64,000 nucleotides of DNA, from contig AP039696.1 in assembly GCA_051599415.1 (NCBI GenBank), positions 372,001 through 436,000 of the forward strand. The letters are read 5' to 3'. Each line of letters starts with the position of its first letter. Within the stretch, counting starts at the first letter, position 1. Positions 33,304 through 44,449 of this stretch are shown piece after piece. The position numbers were made by a program, and so were the translations under genes. The notes beneath the pieces are model-generated. The model was not told the origin of the DNA and did no database searches. It was given only the letters and a program-made list of their open reading frames with translations. The DNA comes from Savitreella phatthalungensis (Eukaryota).

Positions 33304-34804
33304 GACGTGTCCCTGGCAGATTTAGAGATGACACGGCACAGCTGTGAAGGATATTGATGCCTGAGCGTTGACACGCGCGCCTGCGTGAATGTCTGACCTT
33401 GACGTGATTGTAACGGGATATCGGGCTGGGGGTTTGACGTTTCCGTGCGAGCTGACACGCCCGGCACGGGAACTAGCCTGGTACAGAGGAGAGTGTCGGA
33501 AGGCGTGATAGAATGAGTCACCACGCGATCGTAATCGTCAACGTCACGAGAAGCGAAAGCAGGAGTGCTGTGTCAGAGAAGGTGACAGGATGGGATACCG
33601 CTTCAGGTGGTTGGTTGTCTGGAAGTGTGTGTGAGCTAGAGCGAGGATGTGATGGTGCCTCTACGACTTGGTCCTGTATACGCTGTGATAAGAATAGTGA
33701 CTAATGTCAAAAGAGAGGGGTCGGCTTGTCTGATCAAGGGTGTTCAGGATGACGCGGTATTGATTGCGCGCCCGCTGTTAAGGGGACCGTCGAAGATGCT
33801 GCTGCAGCGTATCGATTGTCGGGTGTAGGGGGCCCGGGAGAAGTGTCTCCGAAAGGTCTGAGCCGGTAGTACAAGCACAAGCCTGACTGCTTATTTGCTT
33901 GCTTGCGTGGGTGCGTGAATGGATATGAGAGGGTAGGTAGCTGTTGTCACAATGGACGGGTCTGTTCTCCAAGAGTAGAGATGAGATACTATAGTATGAA
34001 AGAGAGACAGATGAGTATATTCAATGTCGTGGTCAGATATGCGTACAGTGTAGCTATTAGTGTGAGTGGATGGAATACAGTGATTGATCAAGTGAAATAA
34101 TGCTAAAATCGACGAATGCACGTACAGTGTACGTACGTTCATTTGTACGTATATATGATCTACTGGATAGTATATAAATTATATGCTAGAGGTGGATAAT
34201 TATGTACGTACGCGTCTGGAAGCTATAATTCAGAAATACTTTATTCATAGAACTATATAGATTTCATATATATATATGTGCATATATATGAATTGCAGGA
34301 TTCTCAAGTGGGATGTTCTGAAACGTTTAGTAAATTTGAGCTTTGATCAAAGACTGTTTCAGAGTCCAAGGTGAGTGAGTGCAAAGTAACGTTTCAGAAG
34401 ACATGTATCCAATCTATCTGGGATCATAAATGCCAATAAACAATTTAATCAATACATCAAAATCCTTTGTGTCGAGCAGATGAAATGTGAGTATCCAATC
34501 TAGATTAGGTATGAAGTCGCGATTTGAGATTGATCGATCGATCAATTACGCGGTTGATCAAATTACGCGTCTAAATTGGTGATTGATCATTTTGATTGGA
34601 TTTGATCTAATCGCATATCCAATCTCAGCTGGAATTAGACAACATGAGTTTATGGATATGTCATACTGAGTCGTCTACACCGCACGTCCATATGACGAAA
34701 GAGACTCTTTCTACACTCTTCCTACTCTGCATTTAGGAGTCTGATTCGAGACTCACTCACTAGAGCAACCTCTATCACCTATAGTCCTTCAATTCTAGGT
34801 CAAC

Positions 34805-35220
34805 ATGGCAGAGAAGTCGTCATCCCAAGGTGTGCCACCGTAAGTCAGCCCTCGACAACAACCAACAAAGGTTTCGATTCTAGTCGTTTTCACATGCTGA
34901 CCGAGTGCTTTTCTCCCTTCACAGAGCTGTTCTGTCAAAGCTATTGCTGTTTAGCTTGGCGATGCTGGTATTGCCGCTTTCTGCATACTATCTCTCCCTC
35001 GAATACCTATTTCAAGGTGGGTAGACCTATTTTTTTGTCAATCCCTCAAAGGACATCAGCTAACACAGGGCCAGGCTACAAGACAACTCATGCAGCCATC
35101 ACTGCAGCAGTCGTGGCCAACCTTGTCCTTGTCGGTTACGTTATTGCTGCATTCCTCGAAGACGATTCGGTCGTCCAGACACGGCCAGTGTCCTCAACTG
35201 CAACGAAGAAGCGACAGTAG
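34805..35220 (+). CDS. VMA21: V-ATPase assembly factor Vma21; exons 34805-34839, 34925-35016, 35075-35220
   Basis: Spliced product MAEKSSSQGVPPAVLSKLLLFSLAMLVLPLSAYY..AAITAAVVANLVLVGYVIAAFLED..KKRQ* with two TMs and a KKxx signal. Introns are GTAAGT..CTGAC..CAG and GTGGGT..CTAAC..CAG. Confidence 0.92.
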
Positions 35221-35801
35221 TCTAGTCTTTCACTTTCACACCTCTTTTCAATCAATGTAGTATCATGCATGTCATCCATCGAAGTATATGTTCCAGCTTA
35301 GCTGACTGACTCTACCTTCCAGCAATACCCAGGCACAGCGCTTCTATGATCCCCCTCCTTACGCCACCTGTCAATCGATACAGGTCGGACGACATCCGTG
35401 TTTCTGGTACGCGTGCGTGGGTCATCATCCTCCACCTCAATCTCTCCACAAGCCCAACCTGCCCGAGAACCAGAAAACGGCCGGATGACGATCTATACCC
35501 ACTCCACATCTGCCGTGTGGCTTTCCTCATTGTCGACCCTGCTGTACACTTATCTCGGCTTCTTTTACTGGATAAATGTGGCTGTCTCTAGCTACGTAGA
35601 CTGGACCTTGTGATTTTTCCTGATTTAGGATTAGCCCAAGACCGATCTGCAATTCGACCCAATTAGCTTGCATGCATCCATGTACGTCTATACGATTCTG
35701 CCTTGTGGATGACGGGGGACTCCTCCTCCACTATTTGGGTCGATCGCCATGAGCACGTGTGACACCACTCCCCTCCGACGTAGGCGCTTACAGGTGATGC
35801 C

Positions 35802-36947
35802 ATGAGCTTGGACCGTACCGCCTGCTCGTCTACCTTCAGAACTCCGTTCTCGAAATCTCGCCCGCGGACTGACCGGCGTGCACCTGAGATCTCGTCATGC
35901 ACGCCTTTAGACAGCAGCCTGTGCTTCCGCTACCGCCTGACGATCCCATCACTTCGCGACCGCACGCGTTCGACACACGCATACTACTCACCCCCACCGA
36001 CCTCGCGGCCGTCCCCCTCCCACCCTGCCTGCACACTCGTGGTGTGCGTGCACGGCGCTGGCGGATGCGGTATGTCGTTTGGTTTGATGGCTGCTGGTGT
36101 GCTGGGTTTGCAGGACTGTGAGGAGCGCGTTGGTGTGCTCGCGGTGGATCTGGCGCTTGACAGGTCGCTTGATGGTGTGTGTGGGGACGTTGTGGACTGG
36201 GTCCACGGGTTTCTGGGGAGCTCTGTGTGGGTATCGAGTGAGGGTGACGGTGAGGGGCCGGAGGTTGTGCTGGTAGGTCACTCTGTGGGTGGTTGTGTGA
36301 CGACACACCTGTGCCACTCACCGCCCCCACCCATCCCTCACACCAAACCCCTCCAGGTCATCGGCAACATCGTCATCGATATGGCAGAAGCGACAGCCAC
36401 CGCAGCCATCACAAACTCACTCCACCATGCCAAGTCACGCCCGAAATCATTCCCGTCACAGGGCCACGCCGTCAGCTGGCATGTCGCCCATGGGATACCG
36501 AACTCACTTACTTCTGCCAGGCTTTCGGTGCCGCCGCTGCTTGAGGGCAGTGATGGGGATGGGTTTCGGTTTCGGTGTGATTTAGGTGGGAGTGCCCGGT
36601 TCTGGGAGGGTTGGATTGAAGGTGTCTCGGAGAAGTTTCAGAATCCTTCGCGAGAGCGCGGTGGGAAGGTCGGGGTGGATGCTTCTCGTGCTGCAGCTGT
36701 GCTGATACTGCCGACGACATCGACACTCGACACGAGTCTGACGATCGGTCAGATGGGCGGCAGGTTCCAGCTATGTGTGCCACCTGCGAACCACGTCGAA
36801 ATACCACTCCTCCCACATCACGACACCGGAGAACCTCACGCAGTCGGCCATTTTGTGCATGAGGATGCACCACACTGGGTAGCCTCCCAGCTGATGACCT
36901 TCATCCGACGTCACGCTGGTCTATCGGCGATGATGATGAAGTATTAA
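35802..36947 (+). CDS. PPE1: PP2A methylesterase PME-1 (alpha/beta hydrolase); 5' end uncertain
   Basis: HGAG, GHSVGG nucleophile motif, RPKSFPS, SARLSVP, LTIGQMGGRFQL, GHFVHED. Confidence 0.88.
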   Translation: MSLDRTACSSTFRTPFSKSRPRTDRRAPEISSCTPLDSSLCFRYRLTIPSLRDRTRSTHAYYSPPPTSRPSPSHPACTLVVCVHGAGGCGMSFGLMAAGVLGLQDCEERVGVLAVDLALDRSLDGVCGDVVDWVHGFLGSSVWVSSEGDGEGPEVVLVGHSVGGCVTTHLCHSPPPPIPHTKPLQVIGNIVIDMAEATATAAITNSLHHAKSRPKSFPSQGHAVSWHVAHGIPNSLTSARLSVPPLLEGSDGDGFRFRCDLGGSARFWEGWIEGVSEKFQNPSRERGGKVGVDASRAAAVLILPTTSTLDTSLTIGQMGGRFQLCVPPANHVEIPLLPHHDTGEPHAVGHFVHEDAPHWVASQLMTFIRRHAGLSAMMMKY

Positions 36948-36997
36948 AAGAAGATCTAGATTGTTTCACGAATGATGTGTTCCTACAAAAGACTATA

Positions 36998-37504
36998 TCA
37001 GTCCTTCTTGACCATCGACAGAACCCCGAACTTGATCTTGTCTGCAAGTCCGAGATGCGATAGCTTTCTTTGTAGTCTTCCCTTTTCGAGGTTTGGATTT
37101 GACTCTACGCCATACGGAACTTCCTCGTCTTCGTGTGGTTGCTGTTGTGGTTTGGAAGGGACGACATCCTGTGAGGTGATGTCTGCGTGGGTGGCGATAT
37201 TGCCTGCGCCGCCTCTACCTCCTGCTGCTGCTGCGTCTGGGTTGCCTGGTGGGCGGACGGACTCTCTCGGGTAGTGGTCTGCGGCTGTCGCGTCTACAGG
37301 CTGGAAGTCAGCGTTCTCGTCAATGTTGCCAGCACCTCCTCGGCCAGTGCTGTACGGCCGACCGTCACCGCCAGCAACACCACTCCTGTACAGCCCACCG
37401 TCGACGTACTCGACGCTAGACGTCGCGTGCGATGAAGCAGCACCACCGCGCCCGCCAGTCGACGTCGTCGCACCTGGCCGTGAAGCGTCTACGACTGAGG
37501 TCAT
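36998..37504 (-). CDS. DUF3602 / Par32-like disordered protein
   Basis: Repeated GRGGAGNI motifs (two exact, one partial); C-terminal GLADKIK. Confidence 0.8.
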   Translation of the reverse strand: MTSVVDASRPGATTSTGGRGGAASSHATSSVEYVDGGLYRSGVAGGDGRPYSTGRGGAGNIDENADFQPVDATAADHYPRESVRPPGNPDAAAAGGRGGAGNIATHADITSQDVVPSKPQQQPHEDEEVPYGVESNPNLEKGRLQRKLSHLGLADKIKFGVLSMVKKD

Positions 37505-37702
37505 TTCCGTTACAGCGTGTATGGGATGAAAAGGAGGAGTGGTGGGTGACTTGGATGTTTTGTAGCTTGGTGATTGGGATGTTTGGGATTCCGAACTCGT
37601 CCGTAGATGCGTGTATGTGCACGAAGTTAGCCAGTAGTGTGGGTTGAGCTTGGGTTACGCGGACGTGGGGACTCTCTGGGTGCTGAGAGAATCGCTTGCG
37701 CC

Positions 37703-37812
37703 CTTATCTTTTCTCATTCAGACAAGGCGAGATAATCTGGAGGACTGATAAGAAGCGGCTTTATTTGTGATTGGTCGATTTCTTTTGAGTGGTGGTCACC
37801 CTGTCGGATAAA
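37703..37812. promoter_or_regulatory. Cluster of four GATAA sites upstream of the Par32-like gene
   Basis: CTTATC 37703, GATAAT 37731, GATAAG 37747, GATAAA 37807. Confidence 0.5.
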
Positions 37813-37895
37813 ATTGACGAATTAAATCGAGTCGCGCACGTGCAAGAGACGGGAGAATTGGAGAGCGTTCTATTTTATACTGTAGGCTACGTAGA

Positions 37896-39560
37896 CTACG
37901 ACTGTGTTGGCATGGCGACATCTGAGGTCGTGGTCTCTGCATCCTCGTGACGCCAGAGAGCTGTGACTGTCTTGACTTGCGTGTAGAATTGGAGTCCACC
38001 CTTGCCGTAGAAGTTGAGGTCTCCGAGGAAGGATCCCTTGTTGCCTGTGAATGAGAAGCAGGTGCCGAGCGGGACTGGGATGGGGACGTTGATACCGAGC
38101 TGGCCTGCTTCGATGTCCTTTTGGAACTTGCGTCCTGCTGCGCCGTTGGTGGTGAAGATGGCTGCGCCGTTGCCGTACGGGTTGGCGTTGACGAGGGCGA
38201 TGGCCTCGTCGAGCGTCTTCACATTCAGGCAGACGAGCACGGGACCGAAGATTTCCTTCTTGTAGCACTCCATGTCGGTGGTGACGTTGGTGATGACAGT
38301 CGGACCGACCCAGTTGCCGTCAGGGAAGCCATCTGGCTTGTAGCCACGTCCGTCGAGAGCGATGGTTGCGCCCTCATCACTTGCGCTCTGGATCAGACCT
38401 TCGATCCGTGCCTTTGAGTGTGGGGAGATGACAGGTCCGAGGTCGGCACCTTGCTCAAAGCCGCCGGTGCATTTGAGATTCTTTGCACGCTCGATCAGGT
38501 CAGGAAGCCAGTCCTTGGTCTCTCCAACGCAGACGAGGGTGGAGAGAGCCATGCAACGCTGTCCTGCTGCGCCGAATGCTGCGCCGGAGAGAGCGTTGAG
38601 AGCGTGGTTGCGGTTGGCATCTGGCATGAGGATGCCGTGGTTCTTTGCGCCGAGATTTGCCTGGACGCGCTTGCCATTGGCTGTTCCGCGGGAGTAGATG
38701 TACTGTCCAGCCTTGTCGCTTCCGACGAAGGAGACTGCGGAGATGCTTGGCTCATCGAGAATGAAGTTAACGGCATCCTTTGTGCCGTGGATCAGGTTGA
38801 GTACACCCTTTGGGAGGCCAGCTTCGGCTGCGAGCTCTGCGAGGATCATCGCTGCTCCAGGGTCGCGCTCGGAAGGCTTCATGATCATGCAATTGCCCGT
38901 GATGGCTGCCACGGGCAGCGACCAGAGCGGGATCATCGCAGGGAAGTTGAAAGGGCAGATGGAGGCGACGATGCCGAGAGGCTCGCGGATCGTGTAGGTG
39001 TCCATGTCGGTGGAGACCTCGAGATGCTCGCCCATCTGGGCTGGTCCGATGCCGCAGGATGCCTCGACCACCTGCAGGCCACGGAGGACGTCTCCTCGAG
39101 CGTCTGCCATTGTCTTACCCTGCTCGAGGACGATGGACGCTGCCAGACGGTCCCAGTCACGACGGATCAGCTGTGCGAGCTTGAACATGACCTGCTGACG
39201 GTGGAGGATGGAGGTTGCGCGCCACTTGGGGAAGGCCTCCTTTGCGGCTGCGACGGCTGCGTCCATCTCCTCGCGCGTTGATTCTGGAACCCGGGTGACG
39301 ACGCGGTTGGTGGCTGGGTCATGGACATCGATCCAGCTGGATGCTTTTGAGGAGGTGAAGTCACCGTTGATGAAGTTCTGGGTGTCTGGGAGCTGTTTGT
39401 AGTCAAAGTGTGAGGTGACATAGGAGGATGAGCTGCTACCATCGACCTTGGCTGACATGGCTCGGATCTGAGAAGCTGAAGGCATGGCTAACGTTCTCGC
39501 TGTTCTGGGTGTGATAGTAGAGGTGTGAAGTCTTGTGGCTCTGATGGCACCACGTAGCAT
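37896..39560 (-). CDS. Methylmalonate-semialdehyde dehydrogenase (ALDH6 family), mitochondrial precursor
   Basis: ATG at 39560 ([10 protein letters not shown] presequence); PFNFPAM, KPSE, FVGS, GAKNH, GQRCMA catalytic Cys, EIFGPV. Confidence 0.96.
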   Translation of the reverse strand: MLRGAIRATRLHTSTITPRTARTLAMPSASQIRAMSAKVDGSSSSSYVTSHFDYKQLPDTQNFINGDFTSSKASSWIDVHDPATNRVVTRVPESTREEMDAAVAAAKEAFPKWRATSILHRQQVMFKLAQLIRRDWDRLAASIVLEQGKTMADARGDVLRGLQVVEASCGIGPAQMGEHLEVSTDMDTYTIREPLGIVASICPFNFPAMIPLWSLPVAAITGNCMIMKPSERDPGAAMILAELAAEAGLPKGVLNLIHGTKDAVNFILDEPSISAVSFVGSDKAGQYIYSRGTANGKRVQANLGAKNHGILMPDANRNHALNALSGAAFGAAGQRCMALSTLVCVGETKDWLPDLIERAKNLKCTGGFEQGADLGPVISPHSKARIEGLIQSASDEGATIALDGRGYKPDGFPDGNWVGPTVITNVTTDMECYKKEIFGPVLVCLNVKTLDEAIALVNANPYGNGAAIFTTNGAAGRKFQKDIEAGQLGINVPIPVPLGTCFSFTGNKGSFLGDLNFYGKGGLQFYTQVKTVTALWRHEDAETTTSDVAMPTQS

Positions 39561-40442
39561 CGAAGATGTTTTAGGAAGGTGATAGAATCGGAAGTGAGAG
39601 TGTTGTGTGGAGTCCTGTGTGGTGTGTGTGGAGTAGGGAGAGTGGAAGGGGGTGGTCCGTACAGATATAGACTCGAGGATTGGATCCGGGATTGGAAGAT
39701 TTCCTCGGAAGACTTTCTGAAGAAGCAGAGATTGATGTGTGATGACGATGATGCGCTGGCTCCAGATGACTGCCAACCTGTCGATGGACAGTGACTCCTG
39801 AGTGTAAGAGAGAGTGGAAGAGGAGGATGGATGGATGGATGGATAGGTGGATGGATGTGTATGTGTGTAGAGGTAGGTGAGTGAGTGACTGAGTGGGTGA
39901 GAGTGTGGAGGAAGAGGAGATGTGTGTGTGTGTTGGTGGAGATTTTCTGGGGGGGAAATCCAAGTTGGACGGATGAATGTGGAAAGTCAAATAAATTGAA
40001 CGCGGATACTAATTCGGAAGACCTAATTTCATTCCAATTCCTCAATTCCTCGATCTTCTTCAGTTTTCCCAGATTTTTATAAATTCTAAACAAGATTTTT
40101 ATAGAGTCTTTCAGGTAATTGTATCCAAGCCGAGCCGGAATTCGACAAATTGCTTAGATGGCACTCAAAATGTTTAATGATTTTTATATGAACATATTAA
40201 GGTACAATTTCCGCCGAGTGATTGTAAATTTCCGGCTGAAGACTTCCGCGGAACCTGGAATTTCCAACTCAATTCGCTTCCACTCTTCTTCACCTTCATT
40301 CTAAAGTGTACAGTGAAGTCAACGTTGATATGGATGTAGTCTGCTAGGTTGGCATATGTGAGAGTGAGGAGTACATGGGACTTCTTGGTGTGCAAACGTC
40401 ATCGTAATTATCATAAAAAAGGAAGAGAGAAAGAAGCTTTGC

Positions 40443-42242
40443 CTATAATTGAGCTTTGCCTGAAGCGAGAATAGCAATCAGGTAGACGTTGAGTCCTGTG
40501 ATGAACAGCCAGACTAACCAGCCGATTACTTGGACATACATCTTGTTTGGCATTAGCTTGTACCTCCGATCGCTCTCTTGCTGTGGGGAATCTCCTTGAT
40601 GCCGCTCCTGGAGTTGTGTCATTTCGAATGCTCGACCGGCTGCTTCATCTTCCCGGTCGTCGTTGTCGTCGTCGTCTTGGTTGAGTGGGATGCGCATGAC
40701 TTGCTTGCTGGAGGTGAAGTAGACGAGCGGGAAGATGATGATGGGTAGGAGGATGGCTAGAGCGACTTGGGAGCCGTTGAGGACGTCTGCTAGGCCTTGA
40801 CGACCTACGGTGCCTGCGACGAGGATACAGGGTAGGACGGCGATGGATCTGGTGATGAGTCGCCTGAGCCAAGGTCGGATCGTCCACCTGAAGAAGCCTT
40901 CACTGACAAGTTGACCGGCCATCGTGCAAACGATACCGGCACTTTGGCCGGACGCTAGGAGCGCAAGCGCGAATAGAGTTCCAGCCACTGGAGCCAGTCG
41001 CGAAGACAGGAGCGAGTGAATGCCAAATAGGTCTGCATCCGCAGCACCTTCCACGCCGTAAAGCGTCGCTCCCGCCACGATCAAGATCGCGCTGTTCACA
41101 AACAGCGCAAACGTCACGAGCGACAGACACAGCTCAACGATCGAGTATGTGAGGATGGACTTGACTGCGCGCAGAGACGGACGGTACTTGACTTCGATGA
41201 TGGACTCGTTGCTCGGTCTGACGTCTTCAACGTCGTTGTTGGCGGTGTTTGTGGTGGTGGTCGGAGCGTTGTTGTGGTTTGCGGAGATGGTGTGGTGCTT
41301 GTCGATGAGTCCGTGCTTGAGGTCGAATTCGCGAAGTCTCGGCTGGGTGAGTCCTGTGCCGAGGATGAGTGAGTGTGGCATGACGACGGCGCCCATGATG
41401 GAGAGACTCGAGTAGATGCCTTCCTTCGAGAAGGCGGTGGCGTTCGGCAGGTATCCTTTGACCACATCAACGCCATTGATCGTGTCGATCCGAGCCAGCA
41501 GCGCCACAAAGCATCCAATCACCATCAGCACGAGCAGCGTGACGCCAATCTCAAAGTACCGAGTCGCCCGCATGCTTCCGTCAGGTCGCCATGCAGCCAG
41601 AACAATGAGCACGTCGACCATGGTGATGGCTACGCCGGCCACCAGCGGGATCTTGAAGAGGATGTTGAGCGCGATCGCCGTGCCGATGACTTCTGCGAGG
41701 TCGGTCGCGAGGATTGCCGCCTCGAACGCAATGTACAGCAGCACGTTGAGCCAGAAGGGACAGCGCTCCCTGCACACTTCCGCCAGATTCATGCCGGTGA
41801 CGGTGCCGAGCTTGCAGCTCAGGGTCTGGAGGAACATGGCAAAGAAATTCGTCAGTAGCAGGATGAACAGCAGCTTGTACTCGAACTGTGCACCTGCGCT
41901 CACATCCGTCGAGTAATTCCCTGGATCGATGTACGCCACAGCGATGATAAATCCTGGGCCGATGAACGTCGCATACTTTCGAAGAATCTCAATCAGTCGT
42001 CTGCCGTAGTCCCGTCCGGGATCACTGCGAGCTTGCGAGGTGAGCGCACGTGTAGACGCATCTTCTGAGGACCGCGACGATGGAGGCAAGTTGAGTTGCC
42101 GAGAGCGCACGTGCTCCTGTGGTTTCTCGGGAATTTCAGGTAGGGCTGAAGTCGGCGAGCTCGGTGTGGAAGGTACAATGTCGAGCTCACGGATGATAGT
42201 GTTGGGCTTTGACGCCGTCGTTCCTGGCGATGGGTAGTTCAT
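40443..42242 (-). CDS. NRAMP divalent metal transporter (Smf family)
   Basis: GPG..AVAYIDPGN, DLAEVIG, GAVVMPH, GQSAG..T.AGQ.VSEGF, RLITR. Confidence 0.96.
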   Translation of the reverse strand: MNYPSPGTTASKPNTIIRELDIVPSTPSSPTSALPEIPEKPQEHVRSRQLNLPPSSRSSEDASTRALTSQARSDPGRDYGRRLIEILRKYATFIGPGFIIAVAYIDPGNYSTDVSAGAQFEYKLLFILLLTNFFAMFLQTLSCKLGTVTGMNLAEVCRERCPFWLNVLLYIAFEAAILATDLAEVIGTAIALNILFKIPLVAGVAITMVDVLIVLAAWRPDGSMRATRYFEIGVTLLVLMVIGCFVALLARIDTINGVDVVKGYLPNATAFSKEGIYSSLSIMGAVVMPHSLILGTGLTQPRLREFDLKHGLIDKHHTISANHNNAPTTTTNTANNDVEDVRPSNESIIEVKYRPSLRAVKSILTYSIVELCLSLVTFALFVNSAILIVAGATLYGVEGAADADLFGIHSLLSSRLAPVAGTLFALALLASGQSAGIVCTMAGQLVSEGFFRWTIRPWLRRLITRSIAVLPCILVAGTVGRQGLADVLNGSQVALAILLPIIIFPLVYFTSSKQVMRIPLNQDDDDNDDREDEAAGRAFEMTQLQERHQGDSPQQESDRRYKLMPNKMYVQVIGWLVWLFITGLNVYLIAILASGKAQL

Positions 42243-43123
42243 GGCAATTGAGGTAGTCGAGATGATCTAGCAGCGGCACAGAGGCCCGGGTAGCGAGAAC
42301 GCGCGCGTGTTGACGGCTCCCGCGTCGACGCCAGATTGGATCAGCCTGCGTGCTATATAGGGTTCTAGACAGAGACAAAAGAGACTGGGTATCGTGTCTG
42401 ATGACAAGTCGAAGTCCAGGACGTCGGCTAGAGAACACTGTGACTTGTCTCGCGTCTCTCTGGGACTGAAGAAGTGTCAAGAGCCGTCCGTTAATTGAAA
42501 GTGGTCTCCGATGGATAGTGTACAGCAAGTAGTGTCAGAGTAGAGTACCTTGCCGGTGTAGTGTTAACATGGACTTCTCAGTAGACTGTCGTCACCGTTG
42601 TTGTGGTGCTATTAGTCTGTGTGAGGTCAATGGGTGTGACTAGGGTCAAATTCCTAAAGCGGGAAGGGCTTTCATCTTTTCCTTTTGAGTCGGCTTGAAT
42701 TGCTCTGTTTTCTGCGAGGTCAAGATTTCTTAACACACAAAGGTCAAAAGGTCAGTCTACCTGTACCCATATCCATTCTCCTCGTCTGTGTCTCCCCGCT
42801 CCCTGACCACACAAGTCATCCTCACCTGAGCTAGATATGGTTACGGAGGTTGAATGTCGGGAGGAGTCGGAGACAGTATTGACCCAAGGGGCGTCGAGTC
42901 ACTGTCATGCTTAGAGACTTGAATGTACAGTAGATGCACGGCAGGAAAGGATGACTTGGTGCAGCACGAAGATAGAGTACTCTAGTATTGGTATTTTGGA
43001 AAAGAGTGAAACGAGTCGCTTTTTGTGAGTGATAGTCGACAAGATGGAGAAAGGGTTCTGATGCTATAGGAGGGGGAATGAATCCGTAGGCGTGCATATC
43101 CGTGGCCGTGGGTCTCTCTCTTT

Positions 43124-44417
43124 TTAACGGAGGTTGGCAAAGGCCTTGGTGGCGGTACGCTTGAGACGGAGCTCTGCGCCACGGAGAGACTCTGTGGTAG
43201 CATCCTGGACCTCGAGTGCGCCCATGGCTGTGGCGAGGGCGGTGTCGAGACGCTCCTTGTCGCCACGCTTGAGCTTCATCATGAACGATGGCTCTGAGAG
43301 GTTGGACTCGATGGTGGAGATGTAGGACTCGAGGTTCTGCTTTGCCTGCAGACGTGCGGAGAACTCCTTATCCTGCTTCTCGAACTCCTTTGCGTTCTTG
43401 ATCATGTTCTCGATCTCGCTCGACGACAGACGTCCCACAGAGTTGGAGATCTCGATCTGGGCAGTGCGGCCGGTGGTCTTCTCCTTGGCGGTGACAGTCA
43501 GCAGACCGTTGGCGTCAAGCTCGAACGTTGCCTCGAGCTCTGCCTGGCCCTTGGGCATCGGTGGGATGCCCTTGAGCTCGAACTCGCCGAGGGACTCGTT
43601 TTCCTTGCAGTCGACACGCTCACCCTGGTAGACGGGGAAGGTGACCTGGGTCTGGCCGTCCTCGACTGTGGTGAAGGTACGCTTCTTGATCGAAGGGATC
43701 GGTGTGTTGCGGGGGACGACGACACCGAAGACGTTGCCCTCCATTGCCACACCGAGCGAGAGTGGGACGACGTCGAGCAGCAGCAGGTCAGAGGTCTTCT
43801 CAGAGTTGGCCTTGTTGGTGAGGACGGCTGCCTGGACGGCGGCACCGTATGCGACGGCCTCGTCGGGGTTGATCGACTTGTTGAGCTCCTTGCCGAAGAA
43901 GTCAGAGACGAGCTTCTGGATACGTGGGATACGGGTGGATCCACCGACAAGGACAATGTCGTCAACCTTTGACTTGTCGATCTTCGAGTCCTTCAGCACC
44001 TTCTCAACAGGGTCGATGGTCGACTTGAAGGTGGCGGCGTTCAGGTCCTCGAAACGTGCACGGGTAATGTTGGCAGAGAAGTCGGTGCCCTGGTAGAGCG
44101 AGTCGACCTCGACGGTCGTCTGGGTAACGGACGACAGGGTGCGCTTTGCACGCTCGCAAGCAGACCTGAGACGACGCTGTGCACGAGGGTCGTCGGAGAT
44201 GTCGTGCTTGTGCTTGCGGAGGAACTCTGCCTTGAAGTGCTCGAGCAGAGTGTTGTCAAAGTCCTCACCGCCCAAGTGCGTGTCACCGGCAGTGGCCTTG
44301 ACCTGGAAGACACCTCCCTGGATGGTGAGCAGGGAGACATCGAACGTACCACCTCCAAGGTCGAAGATGAGGACGTTCTTCTCCTTCTCGGAACGCTGGT
44401 CGAGACCGTATGCGATG

Positions 44418-44449
<32 letters not shown>

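Noticed and set aside
1..35220. Functional cluster of trafficking/vacuole genes (VPS8, ATG14-like, ERV46, VMA21)
   Set aside because: Interspersed with unrelated housekeeping genes, with no shared motif or other sign of co-regulation.
35545..35585. U5-like hairpin with a CTTTTAC loop
   Set aside because: The loop reads GCTTCTTTTAC rather than the invariant GCCTTTTAC, and no canonical Sm site follows.
39561..39776. TTG-initiated upstream extensions of MMSDH, calnexin, ARO8 and PET100
   Set aside because: These are low-complexity, G-poor leaders that are stop-poor by composition; for MMSDH and calnexin the proper targeting peptide begins at the downstream ATG.
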